Below are positions 19,281-29,337 of a DNA stretch of 64,000 nucleotides, one piece after another. Source of the DNA: Candidatus Xenobia bacterium (GTDB taxonomy: Bacteria > Vulcanimicrobiota > Xenobia > Xenobiales > QWHO01); NCBI GenBank assembly GCA_045863235.1, contig BTUM01000002.1, positions 160,001 through 224,000 on the forward strand. The letters are read 5' to 3'. Numbering within the stretch: position 1 is the stretch's first letter; every line of letters starts with the position of its first letter. The position numbers and the translations under genes are program-made. The notes under the pieces were generated by a model, which was given only the letters and a program-made list of their open reading frames with translations, had not been told where the DNA came from and made no database searches.

Positions 19281-21015
19281 GCCAGGCGCCTTCCTTCTGG
19301 GCCAGATAGCGCTTGAGGTCAGCCAGGCCAAGGCTATTGAGCACGTTCTCGGGTGTAGCCCAGGCCCGCCGGGCCACACCAACGCCCAGAGCCAGGTAGT
19401 CGAGATGCTCCGAGGAGTGAGCGTCGGCCCCGATGGCCAGCATGGCGCCGAGCTCGCGGGCACGCCGAGCCTGGATGTCGCGCAGGTCAAGCCGGTTGGG
19501 GTAGCCGTTGATCTCCAGGGCGGTGCGGCAGCGAGCCGCCGTCTTGTAGATCTCCTCCCAATCCATGTCGTAGCCGGGTCGGCGGCCGAGCAGGCGCCCA
19601 CTGGGGTGGCCCAGGACGTCGACGTGAGGGTTCTGGATCGCCTTGAGCACCCGAGCGGTCATCTCGTCCTTCCCCATCTGCAGGTGGGAATGCACCGACG
19701 CGACGACCACGTCGAGCTGAGCCAGGATTTCGTCGGAGTAGTCGAGCTGACCATCCGGCCTGATGTCCACCTCGCTCCCCCAGAGCAGCGTCACTCCCAG
19801 GTTGAGGGCGTTGACCCGATCGATCTCGACTTTCAGCTGACGCAGCCGATCCACATCCAATCCATTGGCCACTCCCACCCAGGGCGAGTGATCGGTGATG
19901 GCCAGGTACTCCAGTCCGAAGCGCACGGCGGCCCGAGCCATCTCCTCGACGGAGTGTTGCCCGTCCGACCAGGTCGTATGGGCGTGCAGGTTGCCCTTGA
20001 GGTCTGCCACCGTCACCAGGCGAGGGAGCTGGTGTTTTTCAGCCAGGTCGATCTCGTTGAAGCCCTCCCGGAGCTCAGGTGGGATCAGATCCAGCCCCAG
20101 CATCCGATAGATCTCCTCCTCGGTGCGCGAGGCGAGGTTCTGACCTGACTCGTCAAAAAGGCCATACTCGTTGAGCTTCCACTTGTTCTTCTCGGCTCGC
20201 ACTCTCAGGCTCACGTTGTGGTCCTTGGAGCCGGTAAAGTACTGCATGGCCGCCCCGAAGGACTCGGCCGGAACCACGCGCAGGTCGACCTGCAGGTTCT
20301 TGGAGTAAAGGAGAGACGATTTGGTTTCGCCCCGAGCCAGAATGCGGTCGGGCGACACCAGCGAGCAGAAGGTCTCCATGATCGGACCAGAGTCAGCGGC
20401 CACGCAGACCAGGTCGAGATCCCCCACGGTCTCCTTGCCTCGTCGGGCCGATCCGGCCACCTCCAGGCGCTCCACGCCGGGCACCTGGCTCAGACTCTCG
20501 ATCAGGGTCGCCACGATAGCCCGGGCGCGTGGCAAAGGCATGCGCTCCTCGCCCTGACTTGCCCGCAGACGCTTGAGCCCTTCGGCCAGGTTGGCCTCGG
20601 TCTTGGCTCCGAAGCCCTTCAGGTCGCGCAGGGCTCCCTCCTGAATGGCACGCTCCAGGTCGGCCAGGCTACCCACCCCCAGCTCGTGATAGAGCACGGC
20701 GGCCTTCTTTGGTCCCAGGCCGGGGACGGTGATCAACTCGAGAATCTGACCCGGGAACTCGGCCCGCAACTCCTCGTGCAGGGTCATCTTGCCATTTTGC
20801 AGCATTTCGCCGATCTTCTCGGCGATGGCCTTGCCGATGCCGGGAATCTCCGTCAGACCACCTTCCTCGGCCAGGGTGGCCAGGGGACGGTCCAGGCTCT
20901 GGATCGTACGCGCCGCCCTCTGGTAGGCTTTGATCTTGAAGGGGTTCTCCCCCTTGAGCTCGAGGAAGTCGGCGATCTCTTCGAAAGTGCGGGCCACCGC
21001 CTGATTGTCGACCAT
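19270..21015 (-). CDS. polX: DNA polymerase X with PHP domain
   Basis: GENPFK, AGSARR...GDLD, FTGSK, HAHTTWSDG, TDHS and DAH motifs. Confidence 0.95.
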   Translation of the reverse strand: MVDNQAVARTFEEIADFLELKGENPFKIKAYQRAARTIQSLDRPLATLAEEGGLTEIPGIGKAIAEKIGEMLQNGKMTLHEELRAEFPGQILELITVPGLGPKKAAVLYHELGVGSLADLERAIQEGALRDLKGFGAKTEANLAEGLKRLRASQGEERMPLPRARAIVATLIESLSQVPGVERLEVAGSARRGKETVGDLDLVCVAADSGPIMETFCSLVSPDRILARGETKSSLLYSKNLQVDLRVVPAESFGAAMQYFTGSKDHNVSLRVRAEKNKWKLNEYGLFDESGQNLASRTEEEIYRMLGLDLIPPELREGFNEIDLAEKHQLPRLVTVADLKGNLHAHTTWSDGQHSVEEMARAAVRFGLEYLAITDHSPWVGVANGLDVDRLRQLKVEIDRVNALNLGVTLLWGSEVDIRPDGQLDYSDEILAQLDVVVASVHSHLQMGKDEMTARVLKAIQNPHVDVLGHPSGRLLGRRPGYDMDWEEIYKTAARCRTALEINGYPNRLDLRDIQARRARELGAMLAIGADAHSSEHLDYLALGVGVARRAWATPENVLNSLGLADLKRYLAQKEGAWRGA

Positions 21016-21062
21016 AGGGGGTGAAGGTTCGCAGACGAGGAGGGGGATCCTTTACACGCCCG

Positions 21063-22193
21063 TCAACAGGCTACCTGATTCCGCCCGTTCCTCTTGGCTT
21101 TGTAGAGAGCCTTGTCGGCCGCCTTCACCACGCGCTCGGGGGTGGGCAGTTTGTCGTTCTTCTGGGCCACCCCGATGCTGATGGTGACGCTGACCTTCTG
21201 ACCTGAGCCTCGGCGAGGCTTCAGATTGCGAGGCTTCTTTTTGGGCCGGTCAGCCCCTCGCAAGACCATGGGAGTGCCCTCGATCATCTGACGCAGATCC
21301 TCGAGCGGCTCCCAGGCCTCGTCCAGGGTGCGACCTGGAAAGACCATGGTAAACTCCTCGCCACCGTAGCGAAAGGCGCGAGCGCCGCCGGAAGCCCGAC
21401 GCATGCGCGACGCCACAAGCCGCAGCACCTGGTCGCCCACGTCATGGCCGTAGCGGTCATTGAAAGACTTGAAATGATCCACGTCCAGCATGGCGATGGC
21501 ATAGGTACCGCGCAGGCGAGAGAGCTCCTCCTGGAGGGCCCGACGGCCAGGCAGCTCGGTCAGCTCGTCCAGATAGGCCAGTCGGTAGCTGTGCTGAACC
21601 AGGGCCAGCAGGACGGACAGGGCGCTGGACGCGATCAAGAGCTCCGGACTGGTCGGCGACTGGAGTGCCAGCAGGGCACCGGCGGCCACCACAAGCTGGG
21701 AAGCCTCCAGCGCCCCCCCGGTGCGAATGGCCATCCACAGCAGGCTGCCCAGGGCCAACAGGGCCAGCGCCACCGGCACGGGCTCGACCACCAGAACTTC
21801 CCAACGTCTCAGAATTCCGTCCTGAAGAGGACCCGAAAGCCAGTGCAGGGTGGTGGCCTGCAAGGCCAGGGCCAGCACCCAGGTCAACTCGGCCTGAGCC
21901 CATAAGGTCAACAGGAAGAGGTTGAGTGGCACCAGCACGGCCAGCAGCGACTGGGGTAGGTCCCAGCGCGGCAGCACGGCCAGACTGACCAGCAAGGAGA
22001 GTGCCAGACCCGGACGGTGGAAGCGCAGGGCCAGCAGGCCCGCGCAGGCGACCAGCACGAGGGGGGCACGCTCGAGCCAGGAACGCTGAGCGGAAAACAG
22101 CTGATCGAGCCATGGGGAGGTGGCCAGAGCCACCAGCAAGGGGGCCGCTGCCAGGCTCAGGGCACGAAAAAACTTCTGCAGCTTCGGGCGCAT
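21063..22193 (-). CDS. Membrane diguanylate cyclase (GGDEF domain)
   Basis: Multi-TM N-terminus, DELTELP, DVDHFKSFNDRYGH and RYGGEEF. Confidence 0.92.
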   Translation of the reverse strand: MRPKLQKFFRALSLAAAPLLVALATSPWLDQLFSAQRSWLERAPLVLVACAGLLALRFHRPGLALSLLVSLAVLPRWDLPQSLLAVLVPLNLFLLTLWAQAELTWVLALALQATTLHWLSGPLQDGILRRWEVLVVEPVPVALALLALGSLLWMAIRTGGALEASQLVVAAGALLALQSPTSPELLIASSALSVLLALVQHSYRLAYLDELTELPGRRALQEELSRLRGTYAIAMLDVDHFKSFNDRYGHDVGDQVLRLVASRMRRASGGARAFRYGGEEFTMVFPGRTLDEAWEPLEDLRQMIEGTPMVLRGADRPKKKPRNLKPRRGSGQKVSVTISIGVAQKNDKLPTPERVVKAADKALYKAKRNGRNQVAC

Positions 22194-22285
22194 GCTTGAT
22201 CAGGATTCAACGCGAGCTGCGGGGCACCCTCTGTACAAAGACTCAGCCGGCCTGATCGGCCGGCTGATTCTTGGCGAGTGTAGAG

Positions 22286-22741
22286 TTAGCGGCCTGCAGC
22301 CGGGTTCTTGTCGCGCATGTGGTAAGGATCGATCTTCAGGGTCACCGAGTGGCCGTCCGAGAAGACGGTATAATTTGGCCAGGCGACGACATCCACAAAG
22401 ACCCGCACCGTGCCACCGAGAGGGCGAACCCGAACGTTGGCGACCAGACCCTCGTCCACCGAGAGCTTGGACATCGGCTCTTTGCCGGCGACCAGATGGG
22501 CCGGAGACACGTCCACCACGATGTTGCGGTAGTCGTCAGCACCAGGAGGTCGATGGTACACCCGATAGCTGATGGGGCCGTTGGCCTGCACCTTGACGTA
22601 GACGTGCTTGGCGCCCTTGGCCACGGTCACGTTGGTCACGGCCGCAGCATGCGCGACCCGAAGGCCGACCCAGCTCGCCAGCCCGATTGCCAGGAGCAGG
22701 GTCAGGAATGCCCGGCTCCGGCCTTGAAAGATTCGCGTCAT
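22286..22741 (-). CDS. Secreted AMIN-domain-like protein
   Basis: Signal peptide (AHA cleavage); RNIVVDV and VRVFVDV beta pattern; AAGGAG RBS. Confidence 0.7.
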   Translation of the reverse strand: MTRIFQGRSRAFLTLLLAIGLASWVGLRVAHAAAVTNVTVAKGAKHVYVKVQANGPISYRVYHRPPGADDYRNIVVDVSPAHLVAGKEPMSKLSVDEGLVANVRVRPLGGTVRVFVDVVAWPNYTVFSDGHSVTLKIDPYHMRDKNPAAGR

Positions 22742-22928
22742 GAACTTCTCCTTTCGTTTCCGGCGACATTGGGATGGCCTTCAAGCTTCTCCCAAAACAC
22801 CGTGGCATTCGCAGGCCTTTCGAGCGATTCCTCCAGAGGATGAGAGGCTGACGAAGTGGAACTCCGGGGCCGAATCTTGCCGCCGGTAGCGCAAGAAATT
22901 CTTTCCAACTCGGGGGAGGCCCCTCAAA

Positions 22929-23930
22929 ATGCAGCGAGAAGCCGAAGTTTTGCGGGCACTGCTGGATGTGAGCCGGATCATCGCATCCAACTATCCCATG
23001 CCGGACGTGATCAAGCGCATCACCACCAAGTTGCGCGGCATTCTCAAAGCCGATGAGTGCTCCATCATGATCCTCGACGAGAGCCAGCAACATCTGGCTT
23101 TTGTCGAGTCCTCCGGGTTGACGCGCTGGGAGCTCGACAACATTCGCTTCCGGGTGGGCGAAGGGGTGGCCGGCTGGGTGGCCAGGCACAAGAAACCCGT
23201 CGTGATCCCTCGGTTGAGCGAAGATCCCCGTTTCATGCCGGTCAAAGAGCAGAAACGACCAATGATCAGCATGATCTGCGTGCCGCTGATCATCAAGCAA
23301 CGCTTGATCGGGGTCGTGACCCTGACCACCCGCCACGAAGACCACATCTTCTCGCAGGAAGACCTGGAGCTGACCGTACTGCTCTCAGCCCATGTCTCCT
23401 TGATGCTCGAGAACAACCGGCTCTATGAGATCTCGGTACTCGACGGTCTGACCAATCTCTACAACCGTCGCTACATGGAGCAGCGGCTCGACAAGGAGCT
23501 GTCCTACGCCCGACGCTTTCACCATCCCCTCAGCTTTTTCATGGTCGACATCGACTGGTTCAAGAAGCTCAACGACACTTACGGACACCAGGCAGGGGAC
23601 GCAGTGCTGCGCATCGTCAGCGAGCTCTTCACCAAAGCCCTGCGCGAGTACGACATCGTCGCGCGCTATGGGGGCGAGGAGTTTGCCGTGATCTTGCCCT
23701 CGACACCCCGCTCCAAGGCGGCCAGCATCGCCGAGCGGCTGCGGGCCTCGGTGGCCGAAGAGGACGTCTCCCACCAGCACCAGCTGATCCCGGTCTCGGT
23801 CAGCGTGGGGGTGGCCACCTACCCTGAAGACGGTCAGTCCAGCGAGGCTCTCATCGCCAAGGCCGACCGGGCCCTCTACCGGGCCAAGCGCAGCGGTCGC
23901 AACCGGGTCGTGCTCGCGGACGACGATTGA
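22929..23930 (+). CDS. GAF-GGDEF diguanylate cyclase
   Basis: GEGVAGWVA (GAF), DGLTNLYNRRY, REYD I-site and RYGGEEF. Confidence 0.95.
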   Translation: MQREAEVLRALLDVSRIIASNYPMPDVIKRITTKLRGILKADECSIMILDESQQHLAFVESSGLTRWELDNIRFRVGEGVAGWVARHKKPVVIPRLSEDPRFMPVKEQKRPMISMICVPLIIKQRLIGVVTLTTRHEDHIFSQEDLELTVLLSAHVSLMLENNRLYEISVLDGLTNLYNRRYMEQRLDKELSYARRFHHPLSFFMVDIDWFKKLNDTYGHQAGDAVLRIVSELFTKALREYDIVARYGGEEFAVILPSTPRSKAASIAERLRASVAEEDVSHQHQLIPVSVSVGVATYPEDGQSSEALIAKADRALYRAKRSGRNRVVLADDD

Positions 23931-24484
23931 GCGATAGCTCGCTCAGGCGTTGCCACGGCCACCATGGTGCCATTGGAAAGCTCGAACCACTGGCTGACGC
24001 CACGCCCCGTGCGCCGGTCGATCTCGAGTCGGCGGTAACCGTGGGATGCACCCTGGTACTGGACGGCAAAGAGACGGTCCTCCGCCAGGCTAATCTCGCG
24101 CAGGCCAGGCACGAAGCGGTGTTGCCACAGGCGGCCCCCCGTGAGGGCGCTCAGAGCGGTCAGGTGGCCTGAGGTGCCGCGGGGACCCACGGCCATGGTG
24201 GAGTGGTCGCCCAGCGCGAAGGCGTAGACTGCCTCGCGGTCGGCCAGCAGCGTTTCCGCCCCGAAGGGCCCCGCCATGGTCTTCCACAGCGGCCTGCCGG
24301 TTTCTTCATCCAGAGCCACCACCCGATTGCCTTCGGCCACGAAGACCCGCCCACCGGCCTGGGTCATGGCCCGAGGCTGAGCCAGCCGAAACGACCACAG
24401 CTCTCGTCCAGTCTCGTCGAAGCAGCGCAGGAAATGACGGGCCCGCAGGCCGCCCTCACAGGTCAAAACGACACGGTGCATCAT
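23876..24484 (-). CDS. PQQ-type beta-propeller repeat protein
   Basis: CFDETGRELW, ALDEETGRPLW and ALSALTGGRLW repeats; GGAGG RBS before the ATG at 24484. Confidence 0.65.
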   Translation of the reverse strand: MMHRVVLTCEGGLRARHFLRCFDETGRELWSFRLAQPRAMTQAGGRVFVAEGNRVVALDEETGRPLWKTMAGPFGAETLLADREAVYAFALGDHSTMAVGPRGTSGHLTALSALTGGRLWQHRFVPGLREISLAEDRLFAVQYQGASHGYRRLEIDRRTGRGVSQWFELSNGTMVAVATPERAIAQSSSASTTRLRPLRLAR

Positions 24485-24566
24485 GGTTGCTCGCCTCCCT
24501 TTCGAAAGGAGAAACAAGCTGTCGCAGGGCCGGGTTCCAGGTCATGTTACAGGAGTGTAAAAAGCG

Positions 24567-25277
24567 TCAGGTGAGATCGGCCACCACGCGCACCCCATTG
24601 AGCTGAAGGTGGTAGAGGAACACCAGGTGGAGCAACTCCCCGTCGTGAGGCATGGCGCCCAGACCGCGAGCCATCTCGACCGGCAAGTCGTAGGTCTGCA
24701 CGGCGCTGGCCGGCACCACGACCTCCCAGGGAAGATGCTTGACGTTGGCCCACAGGCGGAGCTCGAGAGCCAGCAGGTAAAGACACAGGTCGCTGCAGTC
24801 GCCCATGGCGATCATCCGGGTACGATGGCGCGCAATCAGATGCTCGTGCAATCCCGTGCCGTGGTGAGAGCTCAGGGAGCGCTTGGGAAAGTGCTTGAAG
24901 TGCTGGGCGAAGGGCAGGCCGGATAGCTCGGGGACGGTTTGAGCCTGAGAGCTGCCTTCCACGCAATGGGGCGGAAAGGCATGGAACTCGGGGCTATCGG
25001 GGGGATGGCTGTCCTGTGGGAAGAGAAAGTCGCGCACACCCAGCTCATGGGCACGGGCCAGGATGCGGGCCACGGCCGGCACCACGCCCTGGATGCGAGG
25101 ACTGGCCAGGGGACCCTCCGAGCAGAATCCCCGAACCATGTCCACCGTAATGCAGGCCACATGCTCGGGACCGCCCGCCTCCCCTACCAGCTTTTCCAGC
25201 TCCAGCACGGGCCAGCTGGCCTGTAACTCGATCAGGTAGTTGAGAAAGGGGGTGAAACGCTGGATCACTTCCGCCAT
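24567..25277 (-). CDS. Isochorismatase/nicotinamidase-like cysteine hydrolase
   Basis: VDMVRGF, QDSH, FPPHCVEG and GDCSDLC motifs. Confidence 0.88.
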   Translation of the reverse strand: MAEVIQRFTPFLNYLIELQASWPVLELEKLVGEAGGPEHVACITVDMVRGFCSEGPLASPRIQGVVPAVARILARAHELGVRDFLFPQDSHPPDSPEFHAFPPHCVEGSSQAQTVPELSGLPFAQHFKHFPKRSLSSHHGTGLHEHLIARHRTRMIAMGDCSDLCLYLLALELRLWANVKHLPWEVVVPASAVQTYDLPVEMARGLGAMPHDGELLHLVFLYHLQLNGVRVVADLT

Positions 25278-25321
25278 CCCGCCAACGATTTTTTCTCGCT
25301 TTCGAAATCCCTGCGACGGCA

Positions 25322-25349
25322 AGAGACCCGGCCTTACGGCCGGGTCTCT
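25322..25349. terminator. Intrinsic terminator-like hairpin
   Basis: AGAGACCCGGCC-TTAC-GGCCGGGTCTCT, 12-bp perfect stem. Confidence 0.65.
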
Positions 25350-25378
25350 CAGCCATCCTGGGTCACCCTTCAGGGGGG

Positions 25379-25696
25379 TTACTGACCGGAAGCCACCGCT
25401 TCCGGCAAGGCGTAGTCACTCAGCGCCTCTTCAGCGATGACGCGTGAGGCGCAACGTGGAACCGCACGGCCTCCAGAGGTTACGCAGCGGGTCACAACTT
25501 GACGGAAGGCGCCCTGACCTCTGCGCCAGACCGTGAGCTTCTCTGTAATCGTCCAACCTTTGCAGACGGGGCACAGGTCCTTGCTGCGAAGGTGGTCCAT
25601 TTCACCGGGAAGAACCTCTCCCAGCCGCCAGGTCGGGTTCGGTCGAACCCGAAGACTGGAAGGAATGGTGATGTAGTTGGGGTTGATAGGACTCAA
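25379..25696 (-). CDS. Small hypothetical Cys-containing (possibly zinc-binding) protein
   Basis: GGGGGTGA RBS and TTG at 25696; CPVC plus two distal Cys; followed by a hairpin. Confidence 0.45.
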   Translation of the reverse strand: MSPINPNYITIPSSLRVRPNPTWRLGEVLPGEMDHLRSKDLCPVCKGWTITEKLTVWRRGQGAFRQVVTRCVTSGGRAVPRCASRVIAEEALSDYALPEAVASGQ

Positions 25697-25858
25697 TGGA
25701 TCACCCCCGGTGACCTCAGTTCGTGGCGACCGATCTGAGCGAACCGGACGTGATGGCTGCGTGCTAATGTCAGCACCTCCGTGGTCTTGATGCCCGTCCA
25801 CATCGTGAATGGGCCTCCCCAATCAGATAAGACGCAGAAGGTAGGCAAAAAGTTTCCC

Positions 25859-26647
25859 ATGAGCGAGAACTTTTTCTTGGACGGCATGAAACTCAACGTG
25901 GAGCGATCCGGTCCACCTGATGGACATCCAGTGCTTTTGTTGCACGGAAACGGGGCCTCCTGGAATGCCTGGGCCCTGAACCTCAATCACCTCGGACCCG
26001 ACTGGCTTGCCCTCGCGCCCGATCTCCCAGGCTTCGGCGAGAGTGATGCGCCCGATCGCTTCTATTCCATTCCCGATTTTGCCCGATTGCTCTGGAAACT
26101 GGTGGAGGGAAAGCGGCCGGTGCTGGTGGGAAACTCGCTGGGCTCATTGATCGCTTTCGAAATGGCAGCCCAGGGGGAGGCAGCCGGCCTGATGCTGGTG
26201 GCCGCCCCGGCCTGTGTTCCCGACGAGATGGATCCTCAGTTAGCCCGACTGATCACCTGGTTCGATCCGGCTGGCGTTCCCCAGATTCCCAACCTGGATG
26301 AGTTGAGCCGGGTCACGATCAACGCCGATGAGCGGGTCCTGGCCCTGGCCAACGCCAACATGACCAGGGCGCGCGGCTTCCTGCCAGCGCTGCCGGCCAT
26401 CTGGAACTATCGCTGGGAGAGCCGAGCCAGCCAGATCCGCTGCCCGGTCTGCCTGGTCTGGGGCGAGCAGGACGGTCTGGTCTCTCGAAGTCACCTGGAG
26501 CGCTGGCAAAAGGCGATCCCGCAGGCTCAGACGGTAACCCTGGCCAGGGCGGCCCATGGCCCCCAGTTCGATGACCCCGAGGGGTTCAATCAGGCCCTGC
26601 TGGCTTTCCTCAGCGAGGTGCGCCTTGCAGGTCGCGCAGGTGGTTGA
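25859..26647 (+). CDS. Alpha/beta hydrolase
   Basis: LLLHG, PDLPGFGES, GNSLG, WGEQD and AAH motifs. Confidence 0.92.
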   Translation: MSENFFLDGMKLNVERSGPPDGHPVLLLHGNGASWNAWALNLNHLGPDWLALAPDLPGFGESDAPDRFYSIPDFARLLWKLVEGKRPVLVGNSLGSLIAFEMAAQGEAAGLMLVAAPACVPDEMDPQLARLITWFDPAGVPQIPNLDELSRVTINADERVLALANANMTRARGFLPALPAIWNYRWESRASQIRCPVCLVWGEQDGLVSRSHLERWQKAIPQAQTVTLARAAHGPQFDDPEGFNQALLAFLSEVRLAGRAGG

Positions 26648-27872
26648 CGATGTCCCAGATGTCCCGAGCCGTCAGCTTGGTCACAAAGGGTGGCATGGCA
26701 TTCTTGCCCAGCGCGATGTAGAGATAGAGATAGCCGTCGGTGAACTGGGGCTGGGAGTAGATCTGGCCGTTGCCGATGGCCGGCGGAGGAACCTGGGTCA
26801 GCTCGCCCACCGGACCCGGGCTCGTTCCGTTGGCCCCGTGACAGAATGAGCAATTGTTCTGATAGAGAACCTTGCCACGCTCGCCAGACTCGGGAGAGCG
26901 GGGAACCGGCCCGGTCCTGGTGCCCATGAGCTCGTTGAGCTCGACGCGATAGCGACGATCCACGACATCCTCAGAATCCTTGCCGGCGGTCAAGAACTCC
27001 GGCTTGCCCAGGGAGGCGCTGCTCATCACCAGGGCCTTGATCTGCAGCCAGGCCGGCATCTGGGTGCGAAAGTCGCTCAACTTCTGGGCGTAGTCTGCAG
27101 CGGTGGGATCGAGCCCACGGAGAGCCGTCAGGGCGTCCGTCATCGTGTTGCGGGGGTCGCCCGGGGTCAGGTTCTGGAAGACGGCCGGAGCAAGAGTTGC
27201 ATCTCCCACCGGCATGACCAGACTCAGGTCGGCTGGAGCCACTTCGCCCAGCTCGGCATTGGGATTGGTGTAAGGCTTGAGCGTCTCACCCGGCTTGTTG
27301 ACGACTTGCGCACGCATGTTGTAGGGCCAGGTGCCGCAACCGGTGCTGACGAGGCCCAGACCGACCAGCAACAGGTAGGTGACCACCGAACGTGCGCCAC
27401 GGTTCTGGAGCAGGGTGTGGGCCCGGTCGGCCGACTTGCCGTCAACCACGACCACGACATGCCCGTGGGCTACCGGCAGGTCCTCCTCGAGCGGCGGCAC
27501 CAGCTTGCGGAAGTGGCGCGTTTCCCATAAGAACATGAAGGTGGTGGTCAAAATCGCCGTGATCATGCCCATCTCATACATCAAGAGGGCGTTGATCGGC
27601 ACCGCCACGATAGGGTGACCGTCGGTGCGCAATTTCCAGTCGAGCTGGGTGTACGCGATGAACGAGAAACCGAGGATGATGGCGGTACCCCACATGATGC
27701 GCACCGCGGTGCGCATGTGGAAGGGTCGCTCGCGATGCGGCGGGATGGGAGCCTCAGGCAGCGGGTAGGGCGAGCGGATCTCGATGTCCTCAGGGTCGAG
27801 GTTCTCGTCGATCAGCAGGCGGTGGGCCGCCAGGGCATCTTCACAGTGTTCGAACTCAGCTGCAACTCGCAT
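26610..27872 (-). CDS. ACIII ActD-ActE fusion (DUF3341-like plus monoheme cytochrome c)
   Basis: AEF...SPYP and MYEMG (ActD-like), internal LVSTGC lipobox, CSFCHG and C-terminal MP. Confidence 0.8.
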   Translation of the reverse strand: MRVAAEFEHCEDALAAHRLLIDENLDPEDIEIRSPYPLPEAPIPPHRERPFHMRTAVRIMWGTAIILGFSFIAYTQLDWKLRTDGHPIVAVPINALLMYEMGMITAILTTTFMFLWETRHFRKLVPPLEEDLPVAHGHVVVVVDGKSADRAHTLLQNRGARSVVTYLLLVGLGLVSTGCGTWPYNMRAQVVNKPGETLKPYTNPNAELGEVAPADLSLVMPVGDATLAPAVFQNLTPGDPRNTMTDALTALRGLDPTAADYAQKLSDFRTQMPAWLQIKALVMSSASLGKPEFLTAGKDSEDVVDRRYRVELNELMGTRTGPVPRSPESGERGKVLYQNNCSFCHGANGTSPGPVGELTQVPPPAIGNGQIYSQPQFTDGYLYLYIALGKNAMPPFVTKLTARDIWDIVNHLRDLQGAPR

Positions 27873-27885
27873 ACTCTGTCACCCG

Positions 27886-29310
27886 TCACTCACCGGATTG
27901 GAAGTAGTTGACTTTGACGCCCGCCACCTCGCGCTCGATCTGGCGGACCCTGGTTTCGGCGACCTCCCAGAACGGGAGAATCGGGAAGATGCGGCAGAAC
28001 ACGCACAGTCCGCCGATCACCCAGCCAAACGAGCCCACCACGATGCTCAGCTCAGTCAAGCTGGGCGAGTAGTGAGTCGTGGCTCCGTTGAGGTGGTTGT
28101 AGATCTCCTGGCCGGGGATGAAGATCACGACGCGCTCGATATACATGCAGATGTTGACCACGATGGACAGCACGAACATCGGCAGGCGGCTGCGCCGGAA
28201 GGACTTGGAGGCCAGGCAGAAGAGCGGCATCACGAAGTTGCCCACGATGAGGAACCACCAGGCCGGAGCATAGGCTCCGAAGGCGTTGTACCACATGTAG
28301 TCCATCTTCTCGGGCTCGTGGGTGTAGTAGGCCGGCAAAAAGTCGTTCCAGAACAGATAGGCCCAGGCCAGCCCCAGCACCAGCCAGACGCGCCCGAGCA
28401 TGTCGTAGTGCACCGAGGTGATCAGCTTCTGGTAGGGTTTATAGGTCCAGTAGAGGATGGTCAGCATCGTAATCACCGCGGCCACCCCCGAGTAGAGGGC
28501 GCCCACGAAGAAGAGCGGACCGAAGACCTCCGAGTGCCAGCCCGGCACGACCTCCATCGCGAAGTCCCAGCTCACGATGGTGTGCACCGAGATCACGACC
28601 GGCAAGATGACGACGCTGTAGAGAGCGGCGGCCTCCTTGACGCGCTTCCACTCCTCGGCGGTGCCGCGCCAACCCCAGCTCAGCAGCGTGTAGAGCGTGC
28701 GCATCCATCCCTTCATGCGCGGCCGGGCGATGCCCAGGTCGGGAATCATGGTCACGTAGAGGAAGAGAACCGACCCCGTCAGGTAGGTGGAGATGGCGAA
28801 CACGTCCCACATCAGCATACTCTTGAAGTTAGGCCACAAGAGACGCGAGTTGGGGTAGGGCAGCATGTAGTAGAAGACTTCGAAGCGACCCAGGTGGATG
28901 AGCGGGAACGAGCCAGCCGCCGGCAGGGTGAAGAGGGTAATCACCTCGGCCACCCGGGTCACGACGCCCTTCCATTCCGCTCCGCAAAGTCTCAAGAGGG
29001 CCGAGATGAGCGCGCCGGCGTGGGCCACGCCGATCCAGAAGACGAACGTAATGATGTAATAGCCCCAGAAGACGGGCAGGTGCAGGCCGGTCTTCCCAAA
29101 ACCCACGAAGTTCTGCTCGAGCCACTTGAAGAAGGCCCAGCCGATCAGGCAGAGGCTGATGGCGATGACGACGTTCGACTTCCAGCCCTGTTTGCCAACC
29201 GGTTCGAAACAGGCATCGTAGATGTCGGGCACCGACATGTCGGGTGCCACGAAATTATAGTTGATGTGATGCGAATGGGCTTTCTGGTGCCCACCAACTG
29301 CCTCGGTCAT
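27886..29310 (-). CDS. actC: ACIII ActC / NrfD-PsrC family quinol-binding membrane subunit
   Basis: FVFWIGVAHAG, RVAE, IHLGR, WDVFAISTY and SVHTIVSWDFA motifs. Confidence 0.92.
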   Translation of the reverse strand: MTEAVGGHQKAHSHHINYNFVAPDMSVPDIYDACFEPVGKQGWKSNVVIAISLCLIGWAFFKWLEQNFVGFGKTGLHLPVFWGYYIITFVFWIGVAHAGALISALLRLCGAEWKGVVTRVAEVITLFTLPAAGSFPLIHLGRFEVFYYMLPYPNSRLLWPNFKSMLMWDVFAISTYLTGSVLFLYVTMIPDLGIARPRMKGWMRTLYTLLSWGWRGTAEEWKRVKEAAALYSVVILPVVISVHTIVSWDFAMEVVPGWHSEVFGPLFFVGALYSGVAAVITMLTILYWTYKPYQKLITSVHYDMLGRVWLVLGLAWAYLFWNDFLPAYYTHEPEKMDYMWYNAFGAYAPAWWFLIVGNFVMPLFCLASKSFRRSRLPMFVLSIVVNICMYIERVVIFIPGQEIYNHLNGATTHYSPSLTELSIVVGSFGWVIGGLCVFCRIFPILPFWEVAETRVRQIEREVAGVKVNYFQSGE

Positions 29311-29337
29311 GCGGCCTCCACGGTGTTACAGGCGGTT

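Noticed and set aside
23876..23930. Convergent 3' overlaps (also 26610-26647) as antisense regulation
   Set aside because: Short tail overlaps are common in compact high-GC genomes; no further evidence.
25300..25378. Possible TPP riboswitch upstream of the cysteine hydrolase (minus strand has CTGAGA..ACCC..CGCAGGGA)
   Set aside because: The ACCTGA and TAAT core is missing and the region is explained by a simple 12-bp hairpin.
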